A stretch of 64,000 nucleotides of DNA. It comes from Octopus sinensis. Its lineage: Eukaryota. The notes under the pieces were generated by a model. It was given only the letters and a program-made list of their open reading frames with translations, did no database searches and had not been told where the DNA came from. Position numbers and translations under genes: made by a program. Each line of letters starts with the position of its first letter. Within the stretch, counting starts at the first letter, position 1. Below are positions 42,639 to 54,953 of this stretch, piece by piece. The DNA is taken from contig NC_043001.1 in assembly GCF_006345805.1 (NCBI RefSeq), positions 9,052,001 to 9,116,000 of the forward strand, written 5' to 3'.

Positions 42639-43458
42639 TTGGGTTTCTTTCGCAGATGGAGAGAAAATGTCTGTTGACAAATCTGCGTCCAGGAGAGATG
42701 TTTTAGTAAGACTCTGTCTACTACTGTAATGAAATGGTGTGCGCATGTGTCACCGTACGTGCCTTCTCTTGTGTATGTGTGTTTGTGACGGTTTCTCTAT
42801 CATCGATTCTTGTCGGTAACTGCAATGCTAGCACAAATGCGCATAGACACGACTGATTCTGTTCTGTGTGGCTATGGATGTAAAAATGTTTGTATACACG
42901 TGTGTGTGTGTGAGTGCTCATGTGTGTGCGTAAATGCGTGCACACATGCATACAAACATACATACATACGCATATATATTTTTGTATGTATATATGCTTG
43001 TATACATATGCATGCATATATATACATATATATGTATATATACATGTACACATATGCATATATATATATATGTATATATGTGTTAATATATGTACATATA
43101 TTATATATATATATATATGTACATACATATATATATATATTAATATATGTACATATATATATATATATATATGTATGTATATGGATATGTATATGAATAT
43201 ATTGTTCATATATAAAATTAATATTCGTATTCATAGATATGTATTCATATATATGTATGCATATAAATATACATATATACATATATATACTTACATATAT
43301 ATACATAAATACATATATATATATAATAATATATGTATATATTATATATATATATATATACATATATATATACATATATGTATATATATATATATATATA
43401 CATATATGTATATAATTATATTATATATATATATGTATATATATGTATATATATATAT

Positions 43459-43505
<47 letters not shown>
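42310..43505. repeat. Degenerate (TA)n zone ending in (GA)n
   Basis: Direct reading. Confidence 0.85.
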
Positions 43506-43507
<2 letters not shown>

Positions 43508-44524
43508 GTTTGTGTGTGTGTGCATATGTGTCTGTGTATGTAGTCGATTCTTGCAATTATGTGTATGTAGCTCTGTAACTCTGCATATCAGTGAAGACAG
43601 AAATAAAATTTTCAGTTAAAGCAGGTGGACATATAATTAGTTTGTGAAAATGGGATGGGAAGTCAGTGTAGTATAATAATTAAAGCAATCGTCCGTCTAG
43701 CTTTATTTATTTGGCTCTAATCCATCGCTTCTTTGTTGTTCTTCGTTTTCAATTCTCTCCTGTTTTCTCAAGATACGTTTAATATCGTTTACATTAATCA
43801 CCCTCTGCTCTAGCCACAAAGACTTACACCCAACAAACACAAACATAAGATATTTATATCTGTTTATGTATATGTATATATATATATATATATGTGATGT
43901 TCATATATATATGTATATGTATGGGAGCATATATTACTACATACATATGCATATGCTTATAGTGATAGATCGACAGAGAGGAAAATAGAGATAGACATAC
44001 AGACAGATATATATATGTATATAGAAAAATAGATAGATAGATAGATACATAGATACATAGATACATAGAGAGATACATAGATAATTAGATAGATATTCAA
44101 TAGTTTTTTCTTCGCTGTAAATCTTTTTTATACGCAGAATTGCAATGGTGGGATTTTTTCTTTATTCTGTTCTCTAATCTTTTAGGGGTGTAATCGGCCT
44201 GTTATAAGTGTATATCTAAGCCGTGGTACACCCTTTTCCTCAAACTTTTTACCCTTACGTAACCCTTAAAATAAATTGCATGTCCCAAAGAACCTGCACA
44301 CAATGAATTATACACCACATCTTATAATTTTTCCATCGTATTTCACGTGGTAAATATATATGTATATATATATATATAATATATAATATATATATATATA
44401 TATTATATATATATATATTATATAGCTTGTTTACACTTTTTCGTTATCAGTGAGATTTCGTCACTGGAAAAAGGATATATATTTGCAAAGGAATGCCTAC
44501 TTTTCATCGACAACTCGTGATCTT

Positions 44525-44569
44525 CACACGCTGATGACGGGTCAATAGCCAGAAACTCGAGTCCGTGTG
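44525..44569 (+). ncRNA. Minimal type-I hammerhead ribozyme motif
   Basis: CACACG-CTGATGA-cgggtcaatagcca-GAAAC-TCGA-GTC-CGTGTG: perfect 6-bp stem I, intact core, palindromic stem III ACTCGAGT, GUC site; stem II imperfect. Confidence 0.75.
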
Positions 44570-44718
44570 TATCATAAGTTGAGGACGGGATGGATGGCTT
44601 ATCTTTGCCAATACTGATAGCGCAGTATATATATATATATATTATATATATATATATAAAACATTATTGGTGAATTGAAGAAATGGAGCTGAACGCAGAT
44701 TGAACAGAAATCGTTTTA

Positions 44719-44807
44719 TTTCATTCTACACGTGTTTCGAAAGGCACAAATTACCAAAATCCGATTGAATAATGGGACCATATTGTGTCTTTCTCTTCAG
44801 GAAGAAA
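44719..44807 (-). ncRNA. Type-I hammerhead ribozyme motif with long stem II
   Basis: Minus strand TTTCTTC-CTGAAGA-GAAAGACACAA...TTGTGCCTTTC-GAAAC-ACGT-GTA-GAATGAAA: intact core, 10/11-bp stem II, palindromic ACACGTGT stem III, GUA site. Confidence 0.8.
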
Positions 44808-44941
44808 AAAGGAAATCCGTTGGAAAAACAAAAACAGAACAGAGGCAGAGCAAAAAACAAATCGAACTGTGCTCCTAAGAGCCCATGGCGAATTAATGTA
44901 GTGATTAATCCACTACAAGATTATTCATCTTTCTATTTCAC

Positions 44942-44979
<38 letters not shown>

Positions 44980-44984
44980 TATAT

Positions 44985-45131
44985 ACGACGGGCTTCTTAC
45001 GAAGTCCACTCACAAGTAGTTGGTCAGCTCGTGGCTTTGGTAGAAGACACTTGGACAAAGTGCCACGCAGTGGGACTGAACCCTGAACAGTATGGTTGTG
45101 AAGCAAGCTTCTTACCACGCAGCCACGCCTG
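44985..45131 (-). mobile_element. SINE family B 5' half
   Basis: ACGACGGGCTTCT...CTTACCACGCAGCCACGCC. Confidence 0.75.
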
Positions 45132-45283
45132 TATAGCATCAGCAAATATTTGAAAATGTCTGAAATAATAAGAAAATGATCATGTGACAGGAATATGTAG
45201 AAAAATAAATTTTAAGAAAATCGAAGTTAATCGGCTAGATAATTGTTCAAAGAATATCATAAATTCTAACTGATGAATTCTAA

Positions 45284-45318
<35 letters not shown>

Positions 45319-45678
45319 TTTACATTTAAACACATAAGAGATGGCCATAATAGGACATCTAACCCGCTAGAAGGAATAGTTAAAATGCAAACTACTATTA
45401 GTGGTAATTTCGAAAGAGAATGAAAGAAAAATCAATTTACTATCTATATAACGTAACATAGTTTCAAGTTAGCTTCAGTAAATAAAATAATTTGTTAGGC
45501 GCAGCTATCATCAGCAGAAAAGCCAAGGTTAACATACAAATACGAGACAACACAGAACATGCCTCTTGCTTACATGTTAGAATTTGTCAATTCATCTTTC
45601 CTTCACACAGGACCACTAGTAGCAAAACGTTTCTAAATAATTTTTTGCTAGCCTGAAATTTAATAATATATATAGATA

Positions 45679-45715
<37 letters not shown>

Positions 45716-45734
45716 TATATATGCATGTTTGTTC

Positions 45735-45959
45735 GCCTGTGTTTCTCCTTCCACACGCACATACACACACACTCATACACACACCATGCCTTGACAACCG
45801 ATACTGGTTTGGTTGCTTCCCCGTAACTTTAGCAAAAGTGACCGATAGAATAAGTACTAGGCTTACAAAGAATAAGTCCTGGAGTCGATTCGTTCGACTA
45901 AAGGTGATACTCCACCATGGCCACAATCAAATGACTGAAACAAGTAAAAGAATAAAAGA
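45735..45959 (+). mobile_element. SINE family B 3' half
   Basis: GACCGATAGAATAAGTACTAGGCTTACAAAGAATAAGTCC...GACTGAAACAAGTAAAAG. Confidence 0.8.
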
Positions 45960-45969
45960 TTTTACAGTT

Positions 45970-46146
45970 TATATTTAAGAAATGAGGAATTATGTAGATT
46001 ATTTACATTATTTACATTTGACGGATATTTGTCCTCATCTTGTTTGCTGTTAACACAACGTTTCGGCTGATATACCCTCCAGCCTTCATCAGGTGTCTTG
46101 GGGAAATTTCGAACCTGGGTTCTCATCCCTAACGTATTTTTCGATG

Positions 46147-46189
<43 letters not shown>

Positions 46190-46273
46190 AATAACAATGG
46201 CACTCTACTTTTAATTTTGACTCTATATCTTCAGGAGGAGTTATCGCAATCCTTTTTATATTATTATTATTTT

Positions 46274-46320
<47 letters not shown>

Positions 46321-46491
46321 TTTTTCGGGTCACTGCCTGAAATCTAACTGGGAATCTTGGGCTTAGTAGCGCGCACTCTTAACCACTACACCATATGCCC
46401 GATGAAGGTTGGAGCATATATCAGCCGAAACGTTGTGTTAACAACAAACAAGATGAGGACAAATATCTGTCAAATGTAAATAATGTAAATA
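45970..46491 (-). mobile_element. tRNA-headed, hammerhead-bearing element with inverted terminal copy (copy 1)
   Basis: tRNA-like head 46328-46400, (ACT)n/(AAT)n spacer, hammerhead 46052-46097, inverted copy of the 3' end at 46399-46491. Confidence 0.85.
46052..46097 (-). ncRNA. Minimal type-I hammerhead ribozyme motif
   Basis: GACAC-CTGATGA-A-GGCTG-gagggtatat-CAGCC-GAAAC-GTT-GTGTT; 5-bp stems I and II, loopless palindromic stem III (AACGTT), GUU site. Confidence 0.75.
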
Positions 46492-47230
46492 AAAGATTTC
46501 TTGTACAATTCCCAGGTTATGCAAACCCCATCTCTACCATGCATATAAGTGAATTCATCTTGGGCAAGCAGGGACATTGTGCCTAATTATACTTTCTTAA
46601 TCTTCACTTATTCTTTGGGTTATCTATTTTGCTGCGTAAGATGGATTTTGTTGTTTATGTTGAGAGCGATTTGATCATCAACCACAACTGACTTTATACA
46701 ATCCTAACTTTTAATCATCTTCTTCTCAGATTGTGTTGCGATTCTCATATCTTTTTTCTAAACTTCTTCAGCGTTTCGACTTTTTTTTTCACGCATTGGT
46801 TCTACAAGGAAATATTTTCTTGCCACCATTTTCACATGGTGTTCTATAACTCCACTTTTGCATTAGTTTTTCTTTCTTCTCCTTTTTACCATATTCTCTT
46901 GCTTCCTTCTTCCTCCTAAGAACTGACTCTCACTTCAGTCGCTGCTACTGTTTTTTCTTGGGTTCTTTGAAGACAGCAGTCAGCTTTATTTTTTTCTTTT
47001 CATGATCTGAAGCAAAATGTATTAGGGTTATTTTGTTCTTTACCATAATTTTTTTTATGATACTGCTGTGGATATCTTCTAATAAGATTTTTGTTGATAA
47101 AAAACATTACATCCCTAATATTCGTTGAAAATATATAACTTAAAATTGATTGTTAGTGTGTAACTAGAACTTTCTAAACAGTCCTAATAATTTTTGTCTA
47201 CTTTTTCTAATTCCGCCTTGTTTTAATATA

Positions 47231-47586
47231 TGGAAGCGCAATGACCCAGTAGTTACGGCAGCGGACTCGCCGTTTCGATTCCCGACCCGGGCGATGTGAG
47301 TGTTTATTGAGCGAAAAGACCTGAAGCTCCACGAAGTCTCCGACAGGGGGGGGGTGCAAAACCCTGCTGTACTCTCTCACCATAACTATCTCTCACTCTT
47401 TGTTCCCCTATCTGTTGTACCTGTATTTCAAAGGGCCAGCCTTGTCACCCTGAATCTCCCCGAGAACTACGTGAAGGGTACACGTGTCTCTGGAGTGCTC
47501 AGCCACGTGCGCGTTAATGTCACAGGCTGGCAGTTCCGTTGATCGGATCAACTGGAACGCTGCTCGTCGCAACTGACGGAGTGCCA
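47231..47586 (+). mobile_element. SINE family C (tail C1)
   Basis: Colinear with 27339-27722. Confidence 0.85.
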
Positions 47587-47601
47587 CGAGTTCCGATATC
47601 T

Positions 47602-47920
47602 TCATTGAGATTGCACCTAGAAGGTTACCCTCCGAGGCACAAGTCCAGGCAAGGTTGTTTAAGGAAGGCCAGCAGTCGCCCATGCATACCAGCTTCCCCT
47701 CTCCACGCCACCGATATTATCCAGGGGAAAAGCAAAGGTCGATACAGCTTGGCACCAGTGATGTCACATCTCATTTCTACAGCTGAGTGAACAGGAGCAA
47801 CGTGAAATAAAGTGTCTTGCTCAAGAACACAACACGAAGCCAAGTCCAATCCTGGAATCAAACTCACAATCTCACGATCGTAAGCTCGACGCTCCAACCA
47901 ATGAGCCATGCGCCTTCACA
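47602..47920 (-). mobile_element. SINE family D (tRNA head, CORE-like centre)
   Basis: Minus strand TGTGAAGGCGCATGGCTCATTGGTTGGAGCG..GAGTTTGATTCC..CTTGAGCAAGACACTT..CACTCAGCTGTAGAAATGAG. Confidence 0.75.
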
Positions 47921-49035
47921 TAAAAAAATAACTAATAAATAAATTTATTAATCCAATTTACATCGAATATTTTTTTTATCGATTACAAATAAGCAAACAT
48001 TACCAAGAATGTTTCCGTTTTTTTTTCTCAGAAATTGCCTTAAAAATCGGATTAAGCCTTTTGGCAGCTTGGTTGATTTGGGCATGTTGGTAGGAGGTCA
48101 AAAAAGGAAAAATAAATAGGTCAATAATTATATAAAAAAAAAGAAAAGAAACCTCCTTTGTGTATAAGCAGAGCGGTGAAAAACCTATATAAAAAGTAAA
48201 TCTCTTTATGTCTGGAAATATAATTTTTTTTTGTTTTGCTTAATTCAGTCATTGGACTGCAGCCAATTAATTTAGGTCCCCACCTTCAAGAATTCTTAGT
48301 CAAATGAATCGAACTCAGGACTTATTTCTCTTAAGCCTACTACTTATTTCATCGTTCTCTTTCGCCGAGGTAATGGTGGCGGTGCTGGTGATGGTGATAA
48401 TGATGGTGGAGGTGGTGGTGGTGGTGGTGTTGCTGCTTCTGCTGCTACTGCTGCTGCTAGAACGCTTTCAGGTGGTTAGAGCACACCAATGTCCAAAAGC
48501 ATTTCAGCCGTTCTTCATGACATATCATCTTTTGTCATGTCCCGTATTTCATTATCCAAAGTATTATTCTAAGAGGACACAGTCATTTGAGGACGATTTA
48601 TCTTTTAATTTAACAAGGTTAATAACCGATTGCGCAGAGCATTTATTTGTTGGATTGCAATGTTGTGCTTATCTTATAGTATTAATGAAACATTCCCTGA
48701 AAAACCATTGTTAATCTTTGAGATACCTTACATTCTCCAGATATTTCATTGTTATACAAACATTCAGCAAATTGCATTTCCTTAGAAATTTGCTCACATT
48801 TACAAACCATTTCTATTATACGTGCTCAAACTTGGCCATGCATCGTAATCTTCGGGGATAGAATTAAACTAGCTCTCAGCTTAATTGCTCCATCTTAAAT
48901 GACTGGTGTCTTAATAAGAGACCACTCCGTAAAAGGCATTGAATCCAAGATTCCTATCCACTGATAAGAATATGTCAAATTTACAAATCATGTCTACCAA
49001 TCAACAAATCTGCATCTGTGTAACCCTCTCTTTGA

Positions 49036-49104
<69 letters not shown>

Positions 49105-49530
49105 GGAATATGAAAAATGGAACAAGAACGCAAAACACCCAGACAGACGATACAAGAAAAAAAAAACAAGGACGGGTCATTCGTAGTTTTCTTTCTTCAT
49201 TGGAGTTCCAGATTATCTTTGCAATTTCGTATAGTTATACTCGCGATTTCGAGATTACTCCAATCTGGCTTACCCCAAGGAAAAACTAAGCTAAGAGCAT
49301 TAGATTGCTTGGAAGAAAGCAGCGAATGTACACGAAATACAGGACGGAAATAACGGTGAAGTGATACACAAATACAAATGCAAATCAAGGACATTAACAA
49401 CATGCATCTTTCGACTAAGGACGAATTAAATTAAGCTGGTGCATGTGGAAGTGAAGCCTTATGGCAGGGACATAAGAGGTGACAGGTGTAGGGAGGAAAA
49501 TAGTTGTTGCATGGATAGTAGTCGAACCAT
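49105..49530 (-). mobile_element. Interspersed repeat homologous to 37810-38085
   Basis: Shared GCTCTTAGCTTAG.TTT.CCT..GGG...GCCAGATTGGAG; abuts (TG)n. Confidence 0.65.
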
Positions 49531-49722
49531 GTACATATATATTTTTACTAACCATTATAGCTTTATTGCTCCAATTTAAATGTTTGGTGTCTTTATAAGA
49601 GATCCCTCTGTAAAAGGCAATGAATTCAAGATTCTCATCAACTGATAAGAATAAATCTGCATTTTGACAGACTCGTCACAGGAAATGATCACATATGAAA
49701 TTTACAAATCATATCTATGTAT

Positions 49723-49776
<54 letters not shown>

Positions 49777-49817
49777 TTATCTATCTCTGTCTATCTGTCT
49801 CTATCTCTCTATCTCTG

Positions 49818-49855
<38 letters not shown>

Positions 49856-49878
49856 GTGTGTGTGTGTGTGTGTGTGTG

Positions 49879-50182
49879 TGGAGGCGCAATGGCCCAGTGG
49901 TTAGGGCAGGGGACTCGCGGTCGTAGGATCGCGGTTTCGATTCCCAGACCGGACGTTGTGAGTGTTTATTGAGCGAAAACACCTAAAAGCTCAATGAGAC
50001 TCCGGCAGGGGGTGGTGGTGATCCCTGCTGTACTCTTTCACCACTCTTTCTCTCACTCTTTCTTCTGTTGGCCTGCTCGCTTAACCAGCGGGGTGGCGTC
50101 ATTCGAAGGCTAAAACAATGCGAACGCATTGTGACCAGCGATGTGTAACATCTGATGGCCTGGTCGGTCACGTGACGTGACG

Positions 50183-50183
<1 letters not shown>
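49879..50183 (+). mobile_element. SINE family C head with tail type C3 ending in (CGTGA)n
   Basis: Same first 180 bp as 27339, then GTTGGCCTGCTCGCTT...GGTCGGTCACGTGACGTGACG. Confidence 0.85.
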
Positions 50184-50231
<48 letters not shown>

Positions 50232-51049
50232 CAGAGAGACAGACAGAGAGGTGGGGATCTTGCTTATTCACTGTAACATTGATACGAAACAATGCATTTG
50301 TTGTTTGTTTTTGCATTTGATTTGCAACATTCTGGATGTAAACACCTGTGTTGAAACATTTCGTGCTACATCCGGAGGGTTATTATACAAAAAAATAAAC
50401 ACGCGCACTGGTTCTACTTCACTTCTTTATTTCCTGTTTTTCAACTGCTTACTCGTTTAACTTGATTAATCTTTCGATGAATCGATCAGCTAGGTTTGAC
50501 AAAGTCCCTTTTCATCTCAGTTCATAACCTCTCCAATGACATGCCCTCCGTACTTCAGGACTGTCTCAAGTCAGTCTGTTTCAGCTTTTATTGTTTCTGT
50601 TAATGCTTAACTGAAGGCCAACTCTGCACGAGCTCTTTAAATGTCCGCTTTTTGTTGTTTTTTGTTGTTGTTATTGTTGTTGTTCTATTCTTTTAACTTC
50701 ATACATATACATATGAAATATTTTATAAGGCAAACCTGTCTCCCGAACTTATGAGATGTTGACTCAAATTTGAGAAATAGATGGATCGATTACACAGACA
50801 CGACTTTATTATCATGAAAAAAGTATAGTTTTAAACCACAGCTGAAGCGCAGTGGGTCCTCTGCTATTCAAAATAAAAATCTCATTTAACCCTAGGTTAT
50901 TCCTGACCAAGGAAACCTTTAGTAGAAAATATTGTTATTACAGATTCTTTTTTGATCTACAATATGTACTGTGGGCTATTCGTTTTTAAAATACTCAAGA
51001 GAATTGCAGGGAAATGTCTGTACTAGTTCTATCAGTTCAAGTAAACCAT

Positions 51050-51840
51050 CTAAAGACAGACGAAATATCGCTAAGCATTTCGCCCGGTGTGCTAATGTTT
51101 CTGCCAGCTCGCCGCCTTAAAGACGAAAGAAATACTGTTAAATATTTCGTCCGGCACAGTAACGATTCTGCCAGCACGCCGCCTTAAGTTTCATATTATT
51201 TATGACTTCAAATTTTAGTACAATTCCAGCAAAATCGGGGGAGGGGTACGCCTATTAGATTGAGCCTAGTGTTCAACTGACAGAATTTTCTATCCCGAAA
51301 AGTTAAAAGTTAAAGTCGACGTCGGCAGAATGTGAACTGAAAACGTAAAGATGAAATGTTGCTAAGTATTTTCATGGATTGCTAACGACTCGACTTGTTC
51401 GCTGCTTTAAATGCCAGAACAGTAAAATCAAAAGTTTTTAACTTAGTACAACAGCATAGTATGGAAACAGGTTTAGGCAAAGGCATCGCCCCTCGGAGTT
51501 AAATTGTTAAATTGACTCCATTAGGATAGAATGCAAAGTTGGTTTAGAAAGGATTTGTACGCAGAACGATGAAATACCACAAGTCATTTTGTTTGACGCA
51601 CTCGTACGAATCTGCCAATCCACCGATTTATTTTACTTTGGTACAGGGCCAGAAATATTTAGTGGGGTGGGTATACAAGTCAACTACATCGACCAAGTAC
51701 TTGTCTGGTACTTTATTTTATCGATCCAGAAAGTGCGTAAAACAAAATCAATATCAGCGACATTTGAACTAAGAAAGTAAAACTGGAAGAATTACCGCGA
51801 AACATTTTTGCCTGTCTCTATTTTGCCAGTTCACTGCCGT
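51050..51840 (-). mobile_element. Cluster of old SINE family A fragments
   Basis: Repeated CTGCCAGC.CGCCGCCTTAA heads and decayed cores. Confidence 0.65.
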
Positions 51841-52008
51841 TTGACGTTTCTAATAATAATATAACATATGATGCACCCTTTGATATTTTTCAGATTTTTG
51901 TATCTTTTGTCGTAGTAGGCGTTGGGCGTTTTGCCTGCATTGTATTTTGTCATTCTAGAACCAAGTATTTATCAAGTAAAATATTATAGCAATGAAATAA
52001 TACAGTTC

Positions 52009-52328
52009 TATATTTAAGGGATGAGGAATTATGTACGTTATTTACATTTGACGGATATTTGTCCTCATCTAGTTTGGTGTTAACACAACGTTTTGGCTGA
52101 TATACCCTCCAGCCTTCATCAGGTGTCTTGGGGAAATTTCAAACCTGTGTTCTCATTCCTAAGGTATTTTTCGTTGTCGTTGTTGTTGCTATTATTATTA
52201 TTATTCAGACCTGGAATCGATCTCGAAATCTTGGTGTTAGTAGCCCGCGCTCTTAACCACTACACCATATGCCCGTGTTAACAACAAACAAGATGAGGAC
52301 AAATATCCGTCAAATGTAAATAATGTAA
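52009..52328 (-). mobile_element. tRNA-headed, hammerhead-bearing element with inverted terminal copy (copy 2)
   Basis: Colinear with 45970-46491; hammerhead 52082-52127 has GAAA mutated to AAAA; head 52209-52274; inverted copy 52275-52328. Confidence 0.85.
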
Positions 52329-53441
52329 GTAATGTTTAGAAATGACAGCTTAAATCTTGGATTCCACCTTCTTTCGTTGTAGTTGGAGAAAGACAAATTT
52401 TATTTGGATGTGTTTTGGATCTTACAACGTCTGAATGTAAGACTTTGTGAAACAACTCTGGTCAAAGAACACCTGTTCGATTGCTTCTTTGCTCTCTAGA
52501 CTATGTCCATAGGAAATATTTTTAAAAACGTCAAGCGAGTTATAAGAGAACGTCTAGGCATTCTAAATGAAATAACAGCCAAATATCGAATGTTCTTTCA
52601 TTCAACAATGAAAGAATACTTTGTTGTACTGAAGCTGAGAGACGGTACATTCTCTGCCGCGTTCTACAATGCGAATTTAGCTGTTCGGTCAATTTGGAGA
52701 TCAAGGTGTGACGGCTTAGTATCCGCGAGTCGCGTGTTCTCTTAAATAAATTATCAGATGGAGTCAGCGAGATATAATGTATGAAGGTTGAACTTTGAAT
52801 TACAAGTACAATCCAGAAAGAAATAGAAATAGACGGACAAATGAACAGTCACAGAAGAATTGATTGTAGTCTTGTACTGTTTTTAGATCTATCGACCCTG
52901 AAACCATGTAAAGAAAAGTTAGCTGTTCATACAATTTGAACTCAGAACACGGAGAGCTGGAATTTAATGCAAGCTAGGATTATCTCTCACTAACAGTTTG
53001 AAAGGAATACCTTTATACATTGATCTAAGCGAGCCCGGGGTTAAACAACGACAGCAACAACAGTGTTCGAATATAAATAAAAAATATATATATAGAATAA
53101 AGAGAATATCAAATTATTGGATGTTTCTCAAAATAATCATTTGGTTCGGCAGGCAATCGGGGATAGAAATAAATCGATCTGTAGTCTACACACATTTAGC
53201 TTCATTTCAAAGAAGATGAAGACACACGAGATAATATGAAGAGACAAAATCATAAGTGAAACGTTTCTTAGATATCATTTATCTAAACCGTGCGTAGAAA
53301 GAAGTTGATCTCGTTTATATGAAGCAATGGTTATTTCACTTACTAATTAATTATATAAAGAACATTTAGCAAATATAGATACACCTAATATTTTGTCGAT
53401 AGTTGCTGGAAGTATTAGACGCATTATAAACTTCATACATA

Positions 53442-53504
<63 letters not shown>

Positions 53505-53741
53505 TATTATGCAGTACGTTTATATGTATAATATACTTAATGTATAATAGGAGCAAAACGCGTAATTTAATGATATCTCATATTTATATGAAAACCAAAT
53601 TATAGATTAACGGAATTGAAATTGTTTATCTAAGAGCAAACGATATGGAATTAATACTGAAGACATTTAGAGCTAAATTGATAAGTCAGCATATCAATTC
53701 GTAATAAGAATAATAAAAATGCACCACTGATTATGCTATGA

Positions 53742-53882
53742 GGTGTAAGCATGTATGTATGGTTCGGAAATTCCCTTTACAAACACACGGTTTCGGGTTC
53801 GGTCTCACTGTGCGGTGCCCAGGTAAAATCTTCTACTCTAGCCCCGCGCCGACAAATTCATTGTGAATTTAGTACACATAAA

Positions 53883-53914
<32 letters not shown>

Positions 53915-53938
53915 ATATATATATATATGTGTATATAT

Positions 53939-53987
<49 letters not shown>

Positions 53988-53988
53988 G

Positions 53989-54021
<33 letters not shown>

Positions 54022-54195
54022 CATATATGCGACGGGCTTCTTTCAGTTTCAGTCTACCAAATCCACTCACAAGGCTTTGGTCGGCCCGAGGCTAGAGTAG
54101 AAGACACTTGCCTGCCCAAGGTTCAACGCAGTGGGGCTGAACAAGAAACCATGTGGTTGGTAAGCAAGCTTCTTACCACACGGCCACTCCTGCAC

Positions 54196-54229
<34 letters not shown>

Positions 54230-54435
54230 TTTTAGTTGTTTCAGTCATTTGCTTGTGGCCCTGCTGGAACACCACCTTAAAGGGTTTTAGCCGAACAAAT
54301 CGTCACCAGGACTTATTCTTTGTAAGTCAAGTACGTATTCTATCGGTTACATTTGCCGAGCTGCTAGCTTGCAGGGATGTAAACACACCAACATCAGTTG
54401 TTAAGTGATGGTGGTGAGAGGAAACACAGACACAC
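53742..54435. mobile_element. Three SINE family B halves separated by (TA)n tracts
   Basis: 5' half on plus (53742-53880), 5' half on minus (54030-54197), 3' half on minus (54230-54435). Confidence 0.7.
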
Positions 54436-54919
54436 ATATATATAAGACAAAGCATAAGTAATGATCATTACAAGGATTTTTTATTGTAGTAATTTTCACC
54501 TACATTTGTTTCGTCATTGGTTTCAGAGGAGAACGACTCTGACAAAAGCAGCATTAATTCTCTGCCCCTGTCAATTTGTCTGAACCGATCGATTGGACGT
54601 TTGAGCACACCAATCGATAACGAGTTTATAATGACTACTGGAAATAGCTGTATGTCAAATTTGCTACAATAAATAAAATGTGTAATGACCATTATTCATA
54701 TCTTGTCTTGTAAATCTCTCTGAGAAACCAATATAAATAAGAAAGCAACCATCGATTTACAATATACAATGGTGGGGAACTGTACCCCCTGGACCCTGGC
54801 ATGAGAATACGCAGACTTCTTTATTCATATAAATATAGTTGTTAGCCTGGTATAATAACAGAGCTTATCAAGTATTTTGCTCAGATTGAAAATCCCTCAC
54901 GAATGAAAATGTTATGTGC

Positions 54920-54949
<30 letters not shown>

Positions 54950-54953
<4 letters not shown>

